A DNA stretch of 32,000 bases from Buchnera aphidicola str. APS (Acyrthosiphon pisum) (GTDB lineage Bacteria; Pseudomonadota; Gammaproteobacteria; Enterobacterales; Enterobacteriaceae), in NCBI RefSeq assembly GCF_000009605.1, contig NC_002528.1, forward strand, positions 90,001 through 122,000, given 5' to 3'. The translations under genes and the position numbers were made by a program. Below are positions 20,629 to 30,585 of the stretch, one piece after another. Under the pieces are notes generated by a model that was not told where the DNA came from, ran no database searches, and worked only from the letters and a program-made list of their open reading frames with translations. Each line of letters begins with the position of its first letter. The first letter of the stretch is position 1.

Positions 20629-21269
20629 AAAAACATGATTTATTAAATCTTGATTGGACAAAAACTAACGGTATGATTCCCGTGATCATACAAGATTATT
20701 CTTCAAGTGAAGTTTTAATGCATGGATACATGAATCAAGATGCTTTGACTAAAACCCAAGAAGATGGCTTAGTGACATTTTATTCTCGTACTAAAAATTG
20801 CTTATGGACTAAAGGGGAAATATCAGGTAATTACTTAAAAGTAATTGAAATTAGTACAGATTGTGATAATGATACATTATTAATTTTAGTTGCAGCTCAA
20901 GGGAAAACATGTCATTTAGGTAATTCAAGTTGTTTTATTTCAAATAAATACAATATAAATTTTTTATTTAAATTAGAAGAAATTATAGAAGAGAGAAAAA
21001 ATAAATTTTCAGATAACTCATATACATCTAGTTTATATAAATCGGGAACAAGTCGTATAGCACAAAAAGTAGGTGAAGAGGCTATAGAAACAATATTAGC
21101 AGCGATGAATAAAGATCAGATTGAATTAATTAATGAAGCTTCAGATTTAATTTATCATTTAGTCGTATTGTTACACGACCAAGATTTAAATTTCAATTTA
21201 GTTATTGATAACTTAAAAAAAAGAAGAGAAAAAAATCTGAACACTAATTCTGAAAAATTATTGAAATAA
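20622..21269 (+). CDS. hisI: Bifunctional phosphoribosyl-AMP cyclohydrolase / phosphoribosyl-ATP pyrophosphatase
   Basis: The 215 aa product shares LDW.KT.G..PVI.QD, FYSRTK..LWTKGE.SGN and DCDNDTLL with the cyclohydrolase half, and [22 protein letters not shown] with the pyrophosphatase half. The start is GTG at 20622 and overlaps the hisF end by 7 nt. Confidence 0.95.
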   Translation: MLKKHDLLNLDWTKTNGMIPVIIQDYSSSEVLMHGYMNQDALTKTQEDGLVTFYSRTKNCLWTKGEISGNYLKVIEISTDCDNDTLLILVAAQGKTCHLGNSSCFISNKYNINFLFKLEEIIEERKNKFSDNSYTSSLYKSGTSRIAQKVGEEAIETILAAMNKDQIELINEASDLIYHLVVLLHDQDLNFNLVIDNLKKRREKNLNTNSEKLLK

Positions 21270-21627
21270 TATTTTGGAGGCACTAAAAAATAAATTTATA
21301 ATATTTCAACATCACAATAAATTTTAATAATATAAGAACGTGTATTTTATGTATTATCATATTTAAAAATATCCATATTAAAAATATTTATTAAATAGCA
21401 TATCAATTAATGTTTTTATTTAAAAATAAAAAATAAAAGTCATGTTTTTAAAAAGTTTTATCTATATTTTAATTGATAGATATTCTTTATGAATGTTTTA
21501 TTTTAAACTAATAGAAAGTTGAAAATATTTAAAATATGATTTACTGTTTAAGTAATTTAATAAAATTTAACAATGTAAAAAGATAATTATTGAATATCTC
21601 TTTGATATATTTTAGTTGGAGGACAAA

Positions 21628-23034
21628 ATGTCACGGCAACAAATAGGTGTTGTCGGAATGGCAGTCATGGGACGAAATTTAGCATTAAATATTGAAAGCA
21701 AAAATTACAGCGTATCTATATTCAATAGAACTAGATCAGTAACAGAAGAAGTATTTAATCAGAATAAGAAAAAAAATATTGTCCCATATTTTTCTATTAA
21801 AGATTTTATTGATTCACTTCTCAAGCCTAGATGCATCTTATTAATGGTTCAATCTGGAAAAGCTACTGATGAAACTATCAAGATGATTCTGCCCTATTTA
21901 GAAAAAGAAGATATATTAATTGATGCAGGTAATACATTTTACAAAGACACTATTCGGAGAAATGAAAAATTATCTAAATATGAGATTAATTTTATTGGAA
22001 TGGGGGTGTCTGGAGGTGAATTAGGAGCATTAAACGGTCCCTCTATTATGCCGGGCGGACAAAAAGAAGCATACAAACTTGTTTTACCTATGTTAGAAAA
22101 AATATCAGCAAAGTTTAAAGGTGAGCCATGTGTAAGCTATATTGGTCCTAATGGTGCAGGTCATTATGTAAAAATGGTACACAATGGTATTGAATATGGT
22201 GATATGCAGTTAATATCAGAGTCATATTTTTTATTAAAATATTTATTAAATATGAGTAATGAAGAATTATCATCTACATTTTCTAAATGGAATAAAGGTG
22301 AATTAAATAGTTATTTAATTGAAATAACAAAAAATATTTTTATTGAAAAAGATGAAAAGGGAAAATATTTGATAGATCGTATTTTAGATGTAGCAGAAGA
22401 TAAAGGTACTGGTAAGTGGATTAGCAAAAGTGCTTTAGATCTTCGAGAACCGCTTTCATTAATTACTGAATCCGTTTTTGCTCGTTATTTATCTTCTCTA
22501 AAAAGACAACGCATAATTGCATCAAAAATATTACAGGGTCCAAAGATAAAAACGTTTATTAAAGATAAAAATAGTTTTATTGAAGAAGTTCGACGAGCTT
22601 TATATTTAGGTAAGATAATTTCTTATGCTCAAGGTTTTTCTCAATTAAAAAGAGCGTCAGAAAAATATCATTGGAATTTAAAATATGGTGAAATTGCTAA
22701 GATTTTTAGAGCAGGGTGTATTATACGAGCAAATTTTTTACAAAAAATAACAGACGAATATACTCAAAATAAAAATGTAGTTAATTTATTATTAACACCT
22801 TATTTTTCCAAAATAGCTAATGAATATGAAAATTCATTACGCAATATTGTTATGTATGCGATAAAATATGGAATTTCTACTCCAACTTTTTCTGCGGCAA
22901 TATCATATTATGATAGTTATAGAGCATTATATTTACCGGCTAACTTAATTCAGGCTCAAAGAGATTATTTTGGTTCACATACTTATCAAAGAACAGATCA
23001 GACTGGTTACTTTCATACAAACTGGTCTCAATAA
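21628..23034 (+). CDS. gnd: 6-phosphogluconate dehydrogenase, decarboxylating
   Basis: I place the start at ATG 21628 ([21 protein letters not shown]), giving 468 aa, exactly the length of E. coli Gnd, which begins [27 protein letters not shown] at 21618-21623 sits 4 nt upstream. The ORF track's TTG at 21616 would add 4 residues and fall inside the SD. Confidence 0.96.
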   Translation: MSRQQIGVVGMAVMGRNLALNIESKNYSVSIFNRTRSVTEEVFNQNKKKNIVPYFSIKDFIDSLLKPRCILLMVQSGKATDETIKMILPYLEKEDILIDAGNTFYKDTIRRNEKLSKYEINFIGMGVSGGELGALNGPSIMPGGQKEAYKLVLPMLEKISAKFKGEPCVSYIGPNGAGHYVKMVHNGIEYGDMQLISESYFLLKYLLNMSNEELSSTFSKWNKGELNSYLIEITKNIFIEKDEKGKYLIDRILDVAEDKGTGKWISKSALDLREPLSLITESVFARYLSSLKRQRIIASKILQGPKIKTFIKDKNSFIEEVRRALYLGKIISYAQGFSQLKRASEKYHWNLKYGEIAKIFRAGCIIRANFLQKITDEYTQNKNVVNLLLTPYFSKIANEYENSLRNIVMYAIKYGISTPTFSAAISYYDSYRALYLPANLIQAQRDYFGSHTYQRTDQTGYFHTNWSQ

Positions 23035-23235
23035 AAAACATTAAGATAGTTGATATTTATATATGAATATCATATTTCTTATATTACTGCTACTAGTTTA
23101 TGATAAAAAATTAAAATAGCAGACGATGTTAGAAAATATCTCTGCTATTAGATTATATCTATTACTTCATATATTTTCTTTGTTTTATAACACGTGATGT
23201 TAAAATATATCAAAGATAATATCATAGGGATAAAA

Positions 23236-23817
23236 ATGCGTTTATGTGATAAAGATATTGAAGAGTGGTTGGAGAGAAAAGAATTAATTATAGAACCTTA
23301 TCCTAATAAAACATTAATTAATGGCATTACTGTCGATATACACCTTGGTAATAAATTTCGTTTTTTTTATGAACATACTGGATCTTGCATTGATTTGAGT
23401 AATTCTAAAATAATCGGTGGATTATCATTAACGGAAATTATGAGTAATGAAATAATATTTTCTAAAGAACAGCCATGTTTTTTACAACCAGGATCTTTAG
23501 TATTATGTTCGACTTTTGAAAGTATTAAAATGCCAAATAATTTAGTGGGTTGGTTAGATGGGCGTTCTTCTTTAGCTCGTTTAGGATTAATGATTCACGC
23601 TACCGCTCATCGTATTGATCCAGGTTGGAATGGTAATATTGTTTTAGAAATGTTTAATGCAGGAAAATTAACTTTAGTATTACGACCTAAAATGAGGATT
23701 GCAGCACTTAGCTTTGAAGTTCTATCTCAACCAGTTTTACGTCCCTATAATTTAAGAAAAGAGGCTAAATATAAAATTCAAAATGGAGTAGTTCCCAGTC
23801 GTATTCATAAGGAATAA
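23236..23817 (+). CDS. dcd: dCTP deaminase
   Basis: I place the start at ATG 23236 (MRLCDKDIEEWL), giving 193 aa, exactly the length of E. coli Dcd, which begins MRLCDRDIEAWL. AGGGA lies 5 nt upstream. The conserved block is GWLDGRSSLARLGLM.H.TAHRIDPGW.G.IVLE. The ORF track's GTG at 23194 adds 14 unsupported residues. Confidence 0.95.
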   Translation: MRLCDKDIEEWLERKELIIEPYPNKTLINGITVDIHLGNKFRFFYEHTGSCIDLSNSKIIGGLSLTEIMSNEIIFSKEQPCFLQPGSLVLCSTFESIKMPNNLVGWLDGRSSLARLGLMIHATAHRIDPGWNGNIVLEMFNAGKLTLVLRPKMRIAALSFEVLSQPVLRPYNLRKEAKYKIQNGVVPSRIHKE

Positions 23818-23964
23818 AGTTTTTACGTAATATACTATGTATATTTTTTAATTTCTTAGTTATATCATAAGTCAATTATTCATAAAACTATTTTTTTAAA
23901 TCAAGAATAGTTTATAATTATTATTTTTATATCATATTACTCTATTTAAAAAAAATATAATATT

Positions 23965-25608
23965 ATGTCAAGTGTATTTAGAAAAATTTTAGTTACCTGT
24001 GCTTTACCTTATGCTAATGGTTCTATTCACATTGGCCATATGTTAGAACATATTCAAGCAGATATTTGGGTACGTTATCATAGAATGCGTGGTCACGAAG
24101 TATGGTTTGTTTCTGCTGATGATGCACATGGTACTGCTATAATGTTAAAAGCTCAAGATTTAGAAATATCTCCTAATAAATTAATTAAAAATATTAGGAT
24201 AGAGCATCAAATAGATTTTTCGAATTTTAAAATTTCTCATGATAATTATTATTCAACTCATAGTTTAGAAAATTTATATTTATCAAGAAAAATTTTTACA
24301 TGTTTAAATGAAAAAGGTTTAATTAAAGAAAAAAAAATTTTCCAACTTTATGATACAGTAAAAAAAATTTTTCTTCCAGACAGATTTATAAAAGGTACAT
24401 GCCCAATTTGTAAATCAAAAAATCAATATGGTGATAACTGTGAAATATGTAGTGCAACTTATGAGCCTACAGATTTAATTAATCCAATCTCTGTTATTTC
24501 AGGAAAAAAACCTATTTTAAAAAACACTAAACATTTATATTTTGATTTACCTTCTTTTACTAATATGTTAAAAAAATGGATACATTCTGGTGTTTTAGAA
24601 GAATCAGTTATTAAAAAAACAGAAGAATGGTTTAAAGTAGGTTTAAAGTCGTGGGCTATTTCTCGTGATGCACCTTATTTTGGTTTTAAAATTCCAAATT
24701 ATCCTAACAAATATTTTTATGTTTGGCTTGATGCTCCGATCGGTTATATTAGTGCGTTTAAAAATCTTTGTTTTAAGAGTAAAAAATTAAATTTTAATGA
24801 ACTTTGGAACCAAAATTCTAATTATGAATTATACCATTTTATTGGTAAAGATATTATTTACTTTCATACTTTATTTTGGCCTGCAATATTAGAAGCTGTT
24901 TCTTTTAGACAGCCTAGTGGAATTTTTGTTCATGGACATCTTACTATGAATGGACTGAAATTGTCAAAATCCAGAGGTGCTTTGATTAAAGCTAGTGATT
25001 GGATTCAGTATTTCGATTCCGATAGTTTGCGTTATTATTATGCAAGCAAGTTATCTAATAAAACCCATGATATTGAAATTAATTTAGAAGACTTTATTCA
25101 AAAAATAAATAGTGATATCGTAAATAAACTAGTAAATTTAGCAGCAAGAAATGCCAGTTTTATTAATAAATATTTTAATGGGTATTTATCTGATAAATTA
25201 AGCAATATAAAATTATATAAATATTTTGTTAATACTAGTAGTAGTATTGAAGATTTTTTTGAAAATCGTGAATTTAGTTTTATAGTTAAAGAATCAATGA
25301 GATTATTAGATGTAGCCAATCAATATATTAATGAAAAAAAACCATGGAAAATTAAAAGAACAGAAGAAAATATCAGGGAATTACAAAATATTTGCACAAT
25401 GGGTATTAATTTATTTAGAATTATAATGATTTTTTTAAAACCTATAGTACCTGATTTAGCAATCAAAACAGAGTCTTTCTTGATTTCTAAATTGACTTGG
25501 GATGGTATTAAAAAACCATTATTATCTCATCAGATAAATAAATTTTTTCCATTATATAAAAGAATTGATGTCGAAAAAATGTTTGAATTCATGAATATAT
25601 GTAGATAA
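23965..25608 (+). CDS. metG: Methionyl-tRNA synthetase, short form lacking the C-terminal tRNA-binding/dimerisation domain
   Basis: The 547 aa product has the HIGH motif (SIHIGHMLEH), the zinc knuckle CPICKS...CEICS, and the KMSKS-type motif (KLSKSRG). It is colinear with the first ~547 residues of the 677-aa E. coli MetG. Only 47 nt separate its stop from the convergent tilS. Confidence 0.96.
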   Translation: MSSVFRKILVTCALPYANGSIHIGHMLEHIQADIWVRYHRMRGHEVWFVSADDAHGTAIMLKAQDLEISPNKLIKNIRIEHQIDFSNFKISHDNYYSTHSLENLYLSRKIFTCLNEKGLIKEKKIFQLYDTVKKIFLPDRFIKGTCPICKSKNQYGDNCEICSATYEPTDLINPISVISGKKPILKNTKHLYFDLPSFTNMLKKWIHSGVLEESVIKKTEEWFKVGLKSWAISRDAPYFGFKIPNYPNKYFYVWLDAPIGYISAFKNLCFKSKKLNFNELWNQNSNYELYHFIGKDIIYFHTLFWPAILEAVSFRQPSGIFVHGHLTMNGLKLSKSRGALIKASDWIQYFDSDSLRYYYASKLSNKTHDIEINLEDFIQKINSDIVNKLVNLAARNASFINKYFNGYLSDKLSNIKLYKYFVNTSSSIEDFFENREFSFIVKESMRLLDVANQYINEKKPWKIKRTEENIRELQNICTMGINLFRIIMIFLKPIVPDLAIKTESFLISKLTWDGIKKPLLSHQINKFFPLYKRIDVEKMFEFMNICR

Positions 25609-25655
25609 TAATAAATTTTATTATAAAGTATGACAATTTTTCCTAATTAATTACT

Positions 25656-26978
25656 TTAATAAAATGAAAAAAAATTATTAGTAGTTGATTTTAAATCATT
25701 TTGCCAGGATATTATGCACTTTGTTCTATTTTTGTTTTTTATATTAACAACAAAGACTCCTATGGCACTGATAAAATAATTATTATAAAATAATAGGGGA
25801 ATTTGATTTCTCAACCAAGGAGGGATATTTTTTTCTTGCCATATTTTTTTTATTTTTCTTTTTTTACTTCTTCCTAAAATTAAGACATATCCTTCGTATT
25901 GAAAACGAATATTAATTAATTCATTTTCTTTAGGACCGGGAAGTACAGTGCCGTTGTTATTTTTTATTAAATATCCTAAATTATTAGGAAGTGTTAGTTT
26001 TATATTGTTTTTATGCCAAAACAATAAAGTATTTTTGAGACTCGGTTGAGTTTTTATAAAATGAAGTGATTGTTTATAACGTCTCACTTCATGTTTGCCT
26101 AAAATAATTTTAGGATTTGAATCTATACGACTGAAAATCATTTGACGATAAATGCATTGAATATTTTTGTATGATGGCATTTTAATTTTTTTTAACAAAA
26201 GCCAGTATCTAATTAAAGCTGTGCACATTGCTTGTTTTATATTTTTAAAATTCTCGATATTTAAAGAATCATCAAATTTTATAAGTTTGTATATTCTTTC
26301 ACGAAGAAAATCATTTAATAATCTTGTTTCTTGTTGACATATAATAGTTGTACGAAAACAATTTTTTAAAAAATAAGACCATCTTTTTTCTAATATAGGG
26401 ATAACTTCATTTCGTATAAAGTTACGATCATAATCAATATTTAAATTACTAAAATCTTCAATCCAGTGTAATTTTTTTTTCTTAGCCCATGTTTGTAGTT
26501 CTATTTTTGTTTTTTTTAGAAAAGGACGAACTATTTTTTTAGTCCCAAATAAAGTCTCAAAAGACATGCTGGAAAGACCAGTAGGACCACTTCCTCTTTT
26601 TAAAGATAAAAAGAAAGTTTCACATTGATCATTTATATGATGACCAGTTAGCAGTATTTCGTCAGAAAATAGATGATTATATATAATATTATATCGTTTT
26701 ATTCTGAGTTTTTCTTCAAGATTATTTGTTTTGTTTTTAATGTTAATATTTTCAACTATCAATGGGATATGATTTATATTGCAAATTTTTTTACAGTGTT
26801 CTGACCATTTTTTTGATAGTAAAGTAAGATTATGATTGATATGAATAGCACGTATTTTAATGTAGTATTTTTTTTTTATTTCCAGCAATTTATAAAGAAG
26901 TACGGTTGAATCTAATCCACCACTATAAGCGACTAAGAATGATTTATTTTGATATTGACTAATAATTTCTTTAATCAA
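25656..26978 (-). CDS. tilS: tRNA(Ile)-lysidine synthase
   Basis: The 440 aa product has the PP-loop VAYSGGLDSTVLLY, then LTGHHINDQCETF.LSLKRGSGP.GLS, DYDRNFIRNEV.P, and the C-terminal KKIWQEKNIPPWLRNQIPLLFY, which matches E. coli [22 protein letters not shown]. The apparent start is TTG (26976-26978 on the minus strand). Confidence 0.94.
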   Translation of the reverse strand: MIKEIISQYQNKSFLVAYSGGLDSTVLLYKLLEIKKKYYIKIRAIHINHNLTLLSKKWSEHCKKICNINHIPLIVENINIKNKTNNLEEKLRIKRYNIIYNHLFSDEILLTGHHINDQCETFFLSLKRGSGPTGLSSMSFETLFGTKKIVRPFLKKTKIELQTWAKKKKLHWIEDFSNLNIDYDRNFIRNEVIPILEKRWSYFLKNCFRTTIICQQETRLLNDFLRERIYKLIKFDDSLNIENFKNIKQAMCTALIRYWLLLKKIKMPSYKNIQCIYRQMIFSRIDSNPKIILGKHEVRRYKQSLHFIKTQPSLKNTLLFWHKNNIKLTLPNNLGYLIKNNNGTVLPGPKENELINIRFQYEGYVLILGRSKKRKIKKIWQEKNIPPWLRNQIPLLFYNNYFISAIGVFVVNIKNKNRTKCIISWQNDLKSTTNNFFSFY

Positions 26979-27007
26979 AAAAATTACCTATAATTTAATT
27001 TTTTTAA

Positions 27008-27081
27008 TACGTTCGAGTGGACTTGAACCACTAACTTCTACCATGTCATGGTAGCGCTCTAACCAATTGAGCTACGAACGT
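27008..27081 (-). tRNA. tRNA-Val (anticodon GAC)
   Basis: The reverse complement ACGTTCG-TA-GCTC-AATTGGTTA-GAGC-G-CTACC-ATGACAT-GGTAG-AAGTT-AGTGG-TTCAAGT-CCACT-CGAACGT-A folds by hand into a canonical 74-nt cloverleaf with 7/4/5/5-bp stems. The anticodon loop AT-GAC-AT gives GAC. The T-loop is TTCAAGT. There is no genomically encoded 3' CCA; the next bases are TTA. The region is a GC island. Confidence 0.93.
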
Positions 27082-27203
27082 AAAATATTTAAAAATTTTT
27101 TGATATTTTTATGATTTTAATTATATATTATTATTAATATAATATACAAATATTTTTTATCATTAATAAATATAAATTAAAGATATTATTTTGAGGAAAG
27201 ATT

Positions 27204-27830
27204 ATGTTTACAGGTATTATAAATGGAACAGCTACTATTGTTTATATAGAAAAGAAAAAAAAAAAATATAGATATACAGTTGAACTTCCATCAAATTTAT
27301 CTAAAAATTTAAAGTTAGGTGACTCAATATCACATAACGGATGTTGTTTGACTGTAAAATTAATTAATAATTCTTTTATAATATGTGATGTTATTCAAGA
27401 GACATTAAAGAGTACTAATTTAGGAATATTAAATATTGGAGATAGTATTAATATTGAAAGATCTATAAAATATGGCGATGAAATCGGTGGTCATATAATA
27501 TCTGGTCATGTTATGAATACCGCTGAAATTTCTAAAATGTCAAAGTCAGACAATAACTGTGTAATATGGTTAAAAATGAATAATATGTCTTTAATGAAGT
27601 ATATTTTCTATAAAGGATTTATCTGTGTTGATGGGATTAGTCTCACTGTCAATGATATTATTAAAAATGAATTTTGCGTTAATATTATACCTTATACTTT
27701 CCTTTTCACTACTATAAAAGATAAAAAGAACGGTAGTTTAGTAAATATTGAAATAGATTTTTATACTCAAACAATTGTAGATACTACAGAACGATTAATC
27801 AATAATAATTTAAAATCATTGTATGATTAA
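27204..27830 (+). CDS. ribE: Riboflavin synthase (alpha chain)
   Basis: The 208 aa product shares [33 protein letters not shown]...TAE and YKGFI..DGISLTV, reflecting the internal two-fold repeat. It is colinear with E. coli RibE/RibC (213 aa). It contains an in-frame run of 12 A at 27255-27266. Confidence 0.95.
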
Positions 27831-27863
27831 CATTGAAAATTAATATACTTTATCTTGGAATTA

Positions 27864-28448
<585 letters not shown>

Positions 28449-28450
28449 TT

Positions 28451-28954
28451 ATGATAACACTTATTATTTTTAGTTTTTTGTCTTTTTTATTAGGAATTAT
28501 ATTAAGTTTTACTGCTTATAAGTTTCGATCTCAAGAAGATCCAATTGTAGCAATTGTTAATGAACTATTGCCCCAAAGTCAATGTGCTCAATGTGGATAT
28601 TCTGGATGTTATCCTTACGCAAAAGCAATAGTAGAAAATTCTGAAAAAATTAATAAATGTATTCCTGGTGGAACTGATCTTATTTCAGCAATATCTAGTG
28701 TATTAAGTATAGAAGTACCTGAAAAAAATTTAATCATCACACATAAAAAACAAAAAAATAATACTGTATTGATTAACGAGAGTAACTGTGTTGGATGTTC
28801 AAAATGCGCTTCTTTTTGCCCAGTAGACGCAATAGTGGGAGCGCCTAATTTTATACATACAGTTTTGCAAGAATTTTGTACTGGTTGTAATATTTGTTTA
28901 TTACACTGTCCAACTAATTGTATTGAAATAAAAAAAGAGACTTATGAAGAATAA
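28451..28954 (+). CDS. rnfB: Rnf/Rsx electron transport complex subunit B (ferredoxin-like)
   Basis: I prefer the ATG at 28451 (167 aa). The ORF track's in-frame TTG at 28445 (169 aa) overlaps the rnfA stop. Shared blocks are an N-terminal membrane anchor, [25 protein letters not shown], and two 4Fe-4S motifs, [16 protein letters not shown] and [16 protein letters not shown]. Confidence 0.93.
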   Translation: MITLIIFSFLSFLLGIILSFTAYKFRSQEDPIVAIVNELLPQSQCAQCGYSGCYPYAKAIVENSEKINKCIPGGTDLISAISSVLSIEVPEKNLIITHKKQKNNTVLINESNCVGCSKCASFCPVDAIVGAPNFIHTVLQEFCTGCNICLLHCPTNCIEIKKETYEE

Positions 28955-29069
28955 AAAATTATTAGAAATAAAAAAAATTTTTAAAAAATTCTTTTCTATA
29001 AAATCATGGAAAAAATTGATTTTTTCTGCTTTTAATGTAAAAAAAAATATAATTTTAAGGGTGGTTTAA
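28944..29069 (+). other. rnfC: Detached 5' coding segment of rnfC in a different frame from the main rnfC ORF
   Basis: The ORF from ATG 28944 (or the internal TTG at 29016) to TAA 29067-29069 encodes ...SWKKLIFSAFNVKKN..., matching the extreme N-terminus of E. coli RsxC (MLKLFSAFRKNK, from memory). It meets the main rnfC frame in the A9 run at 29039-29047. Confidence 0.6.
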
Positions 29070-29116
29070 AATGTTCATTTAAAAAAAATCAATCTGATTA
29101 TGTATTATTAAAATCT

Positions 29117-30538
29117 TTGCCTTTACCCGATAAATTTTTTCTCTTCATACAAGACGATTATCATAATGTAAAATTACGTGTTAAAATAAACGAAAAAGTA
29201 TTACGTGGACAACCTTTGATTTTCAGTGATGATTTCAATGTTCCTGTTCATGCTCCAACTTCTGGTTTAATAGAAAATATTTGTTTTAATTCCGATTCTA
29301 TTAAAAAAAATATAAAAATTGTAATTTCTCCTGATTACTTAGATCAATGGATTAGATTGAATCCTATTAAAGATTATAAAAAATACGCTCCGGAAAAATT
29401 AATTAAAATTATTCATCAATCAGGTGTAGTTGGTCTTGGAGGAGGTCAGTTTCCTTCTTCAAAAAAAATAATATTTAGCATTAATAGAGCACATACTTTA
29501 ATTGTAAACGCCGTAGAAAGCGAGCCTTATATAACATCAGATAACTGCTTGATATATAATCATATATCTGAAATTTTGATAGGATGTAAGATAATTTGCT
29601 GGATAACTAAAATAAAAACAGTTCTTATTGCGATTCAAGAAGATAATATTCAATCAATTTCTAAAATACAACATTTGATTAAAAATAAATCATTGTTTAA
29701 AATTTGTATTATTAAGAAGAAGTATCCCGCGGGTAGTAGTAAAGTACTTGTAAAATCTTTAACAGGAAAAGAAGTACCTCATGGTAAACATTCTATAGAT
29801 ATAGGATACCTTATATTTAATGTTGCTACAATATTTTCAATAAAAAGAGCCATTATTAATGGAAAACCACTAACAGAACGTGTAGTGACTTTAATGAGTG
29901 ATAAAAACCTTTTATCTGGAAACTTTTGGGTTAGAATTGGGACTCCAATAAAATATTTTTTAACAAGTAATAAATTAAAACAATCTTTTATTGCATCTGT
30001 ATATTTAGGAGGTCCATTCATGGGTAAGAAGATTAATAATTTGAATCATTCTATATTAAAGAAAACAAATTCTATTTTTATTACACATAAAAAAGAAAAA
30101 AATGAAAGTATTTCTGAAAAAACTTGTATTCGATGTGGTTATTGTTCATATGTATGTCCTGTAAATTTGCTTCCTCAACAGCTTTATTGGTATATTAAAA
30201 ATAAGAATCATGTACAAACAAAAAAGCATTATGTTTTAGATTGTATTGAATGTAAAGCGTGTGAGAAAGTGTGTCCCAGTTATATTCCGCTAGTAAAATA
30301 TTTTATTCAAGAGAAAAATATTTTAAAAAATATTACATTAGAAAATAATCGCAAAAAAATGTCATTAATTCGTTTTAAAACAAGAGAACAACGCTTATTC
30401 AATGAAAAAAGAATGATACATGAAAATAATGATACATTTCTTATGAAAAAAAAGGATAAAAAAATCAATAATATCACAAAAACAGTGCTAAAAAAAACAC
30501 TTCAAGATGCTATAGAACGTATGAAATCCAAACAATAA
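29117..30538 (+). CDS. rnfC: Rnf/Rsx electron transport complex subunit C, main ORF. The true N-terminus is encoded upstream and out of frame.
   Basis: The 473 aa product runs from a TTG. Shared blocks are KVLRGQPL, PVHAPTSG, SGVVGLGGGQFPS, N..ESEPYITSDN, KYPAGS.K.L...LTGKEVPHGK.S.DIG, ING.PLTERVVT, and two 4Fe-4S motifs, CIRCGYCSYVCP and CIECKACEKVCPS. The long repetitive C-terminal tail of E. coli RsxC is absent. Confidence 0.92.
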   Translation: MPLPDKFFLFIQDDYHNVKLRVKINEKVLRGQPLIFSDDFNVPVHAPTSGLIENICFNSDSIKKNIKIVISPDYLDQWIRLNPIKDYKKYAPEKLIKIIHQSGVVGLGGGQFPSSKKIIFSINRAHTLIVNAVESEPYITSDNCLIYNHISEILIGCKIICWITKIKTVLIAIQEDNIQSISKIQHLIKNKSLFKICIIKKKYPAGSSKVLVKSLTGKEVPHGKHSIDIGYLIFNVATIFSIKRAIINGKPLTERVVTLMSDKNLLSGNFWVRIGTPIKYFLTSNKLKQSFIASVYLGGPFMGKKINNLNHSILKKTNSIFITHKKEKNESISEKTCIRCGYCSYVCPVNLLPQQLYWYIKNKNHVQTKKHYVLDCIECKACEKVCPSYIPLVKYFIQEKNILKNITLENNRKKMSLIRFKTREQRLFNEKRMIHENNDTFLMKKKDKKINNITKTVLKKTLQDAIERMKSKQ

Positions 30539-30585
30539 AGTTTTATATAAATATATTATATATTAATACATAACGTGAGAAAAAA

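Noticed and set aside
21616-21627. TTG start giving a 472-aa Gnd (MEDKMSRQQ...)
   Set aside because: The TTG lies within the GGAGGA Shine-Dalgarno sequence. The ATG at 21628 reproduces the E. coli N-terminus and its exact 468-aa length.
23116-23148. 8-bp stem (atagcaga / tctgctat) with a 17-nt loop after gnd
   Set aside because: The loop is too large and there is no following T-tract, so it is not convincing as a terminator or other element.
23194-23235. GTG start giving a 207-aa Dcd with a 14-residue extension
   Set aside because: The ATG at 23236 has its own AGGGA SD and reproduces the E. coli MRLCD N-terminus and its exact 193-aa length.
25098-25319. 73-aa minus-strand ORF
   Set aside because: It is antisense within metG.
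25608-25624. 17-nt A/T-only palindrome (ataataaa-t-tttattat) between the convergent metG and tilS
   Set aside because: It could be a bidirectional terminator, but it is an all-A/T stem of 8 bp or less with essentially no loop. That is expected frequently by chance and would be very unstable.
29779-30021. 80-aa minus-strand ORF
   Set aside because: It is antisense within rnfC.
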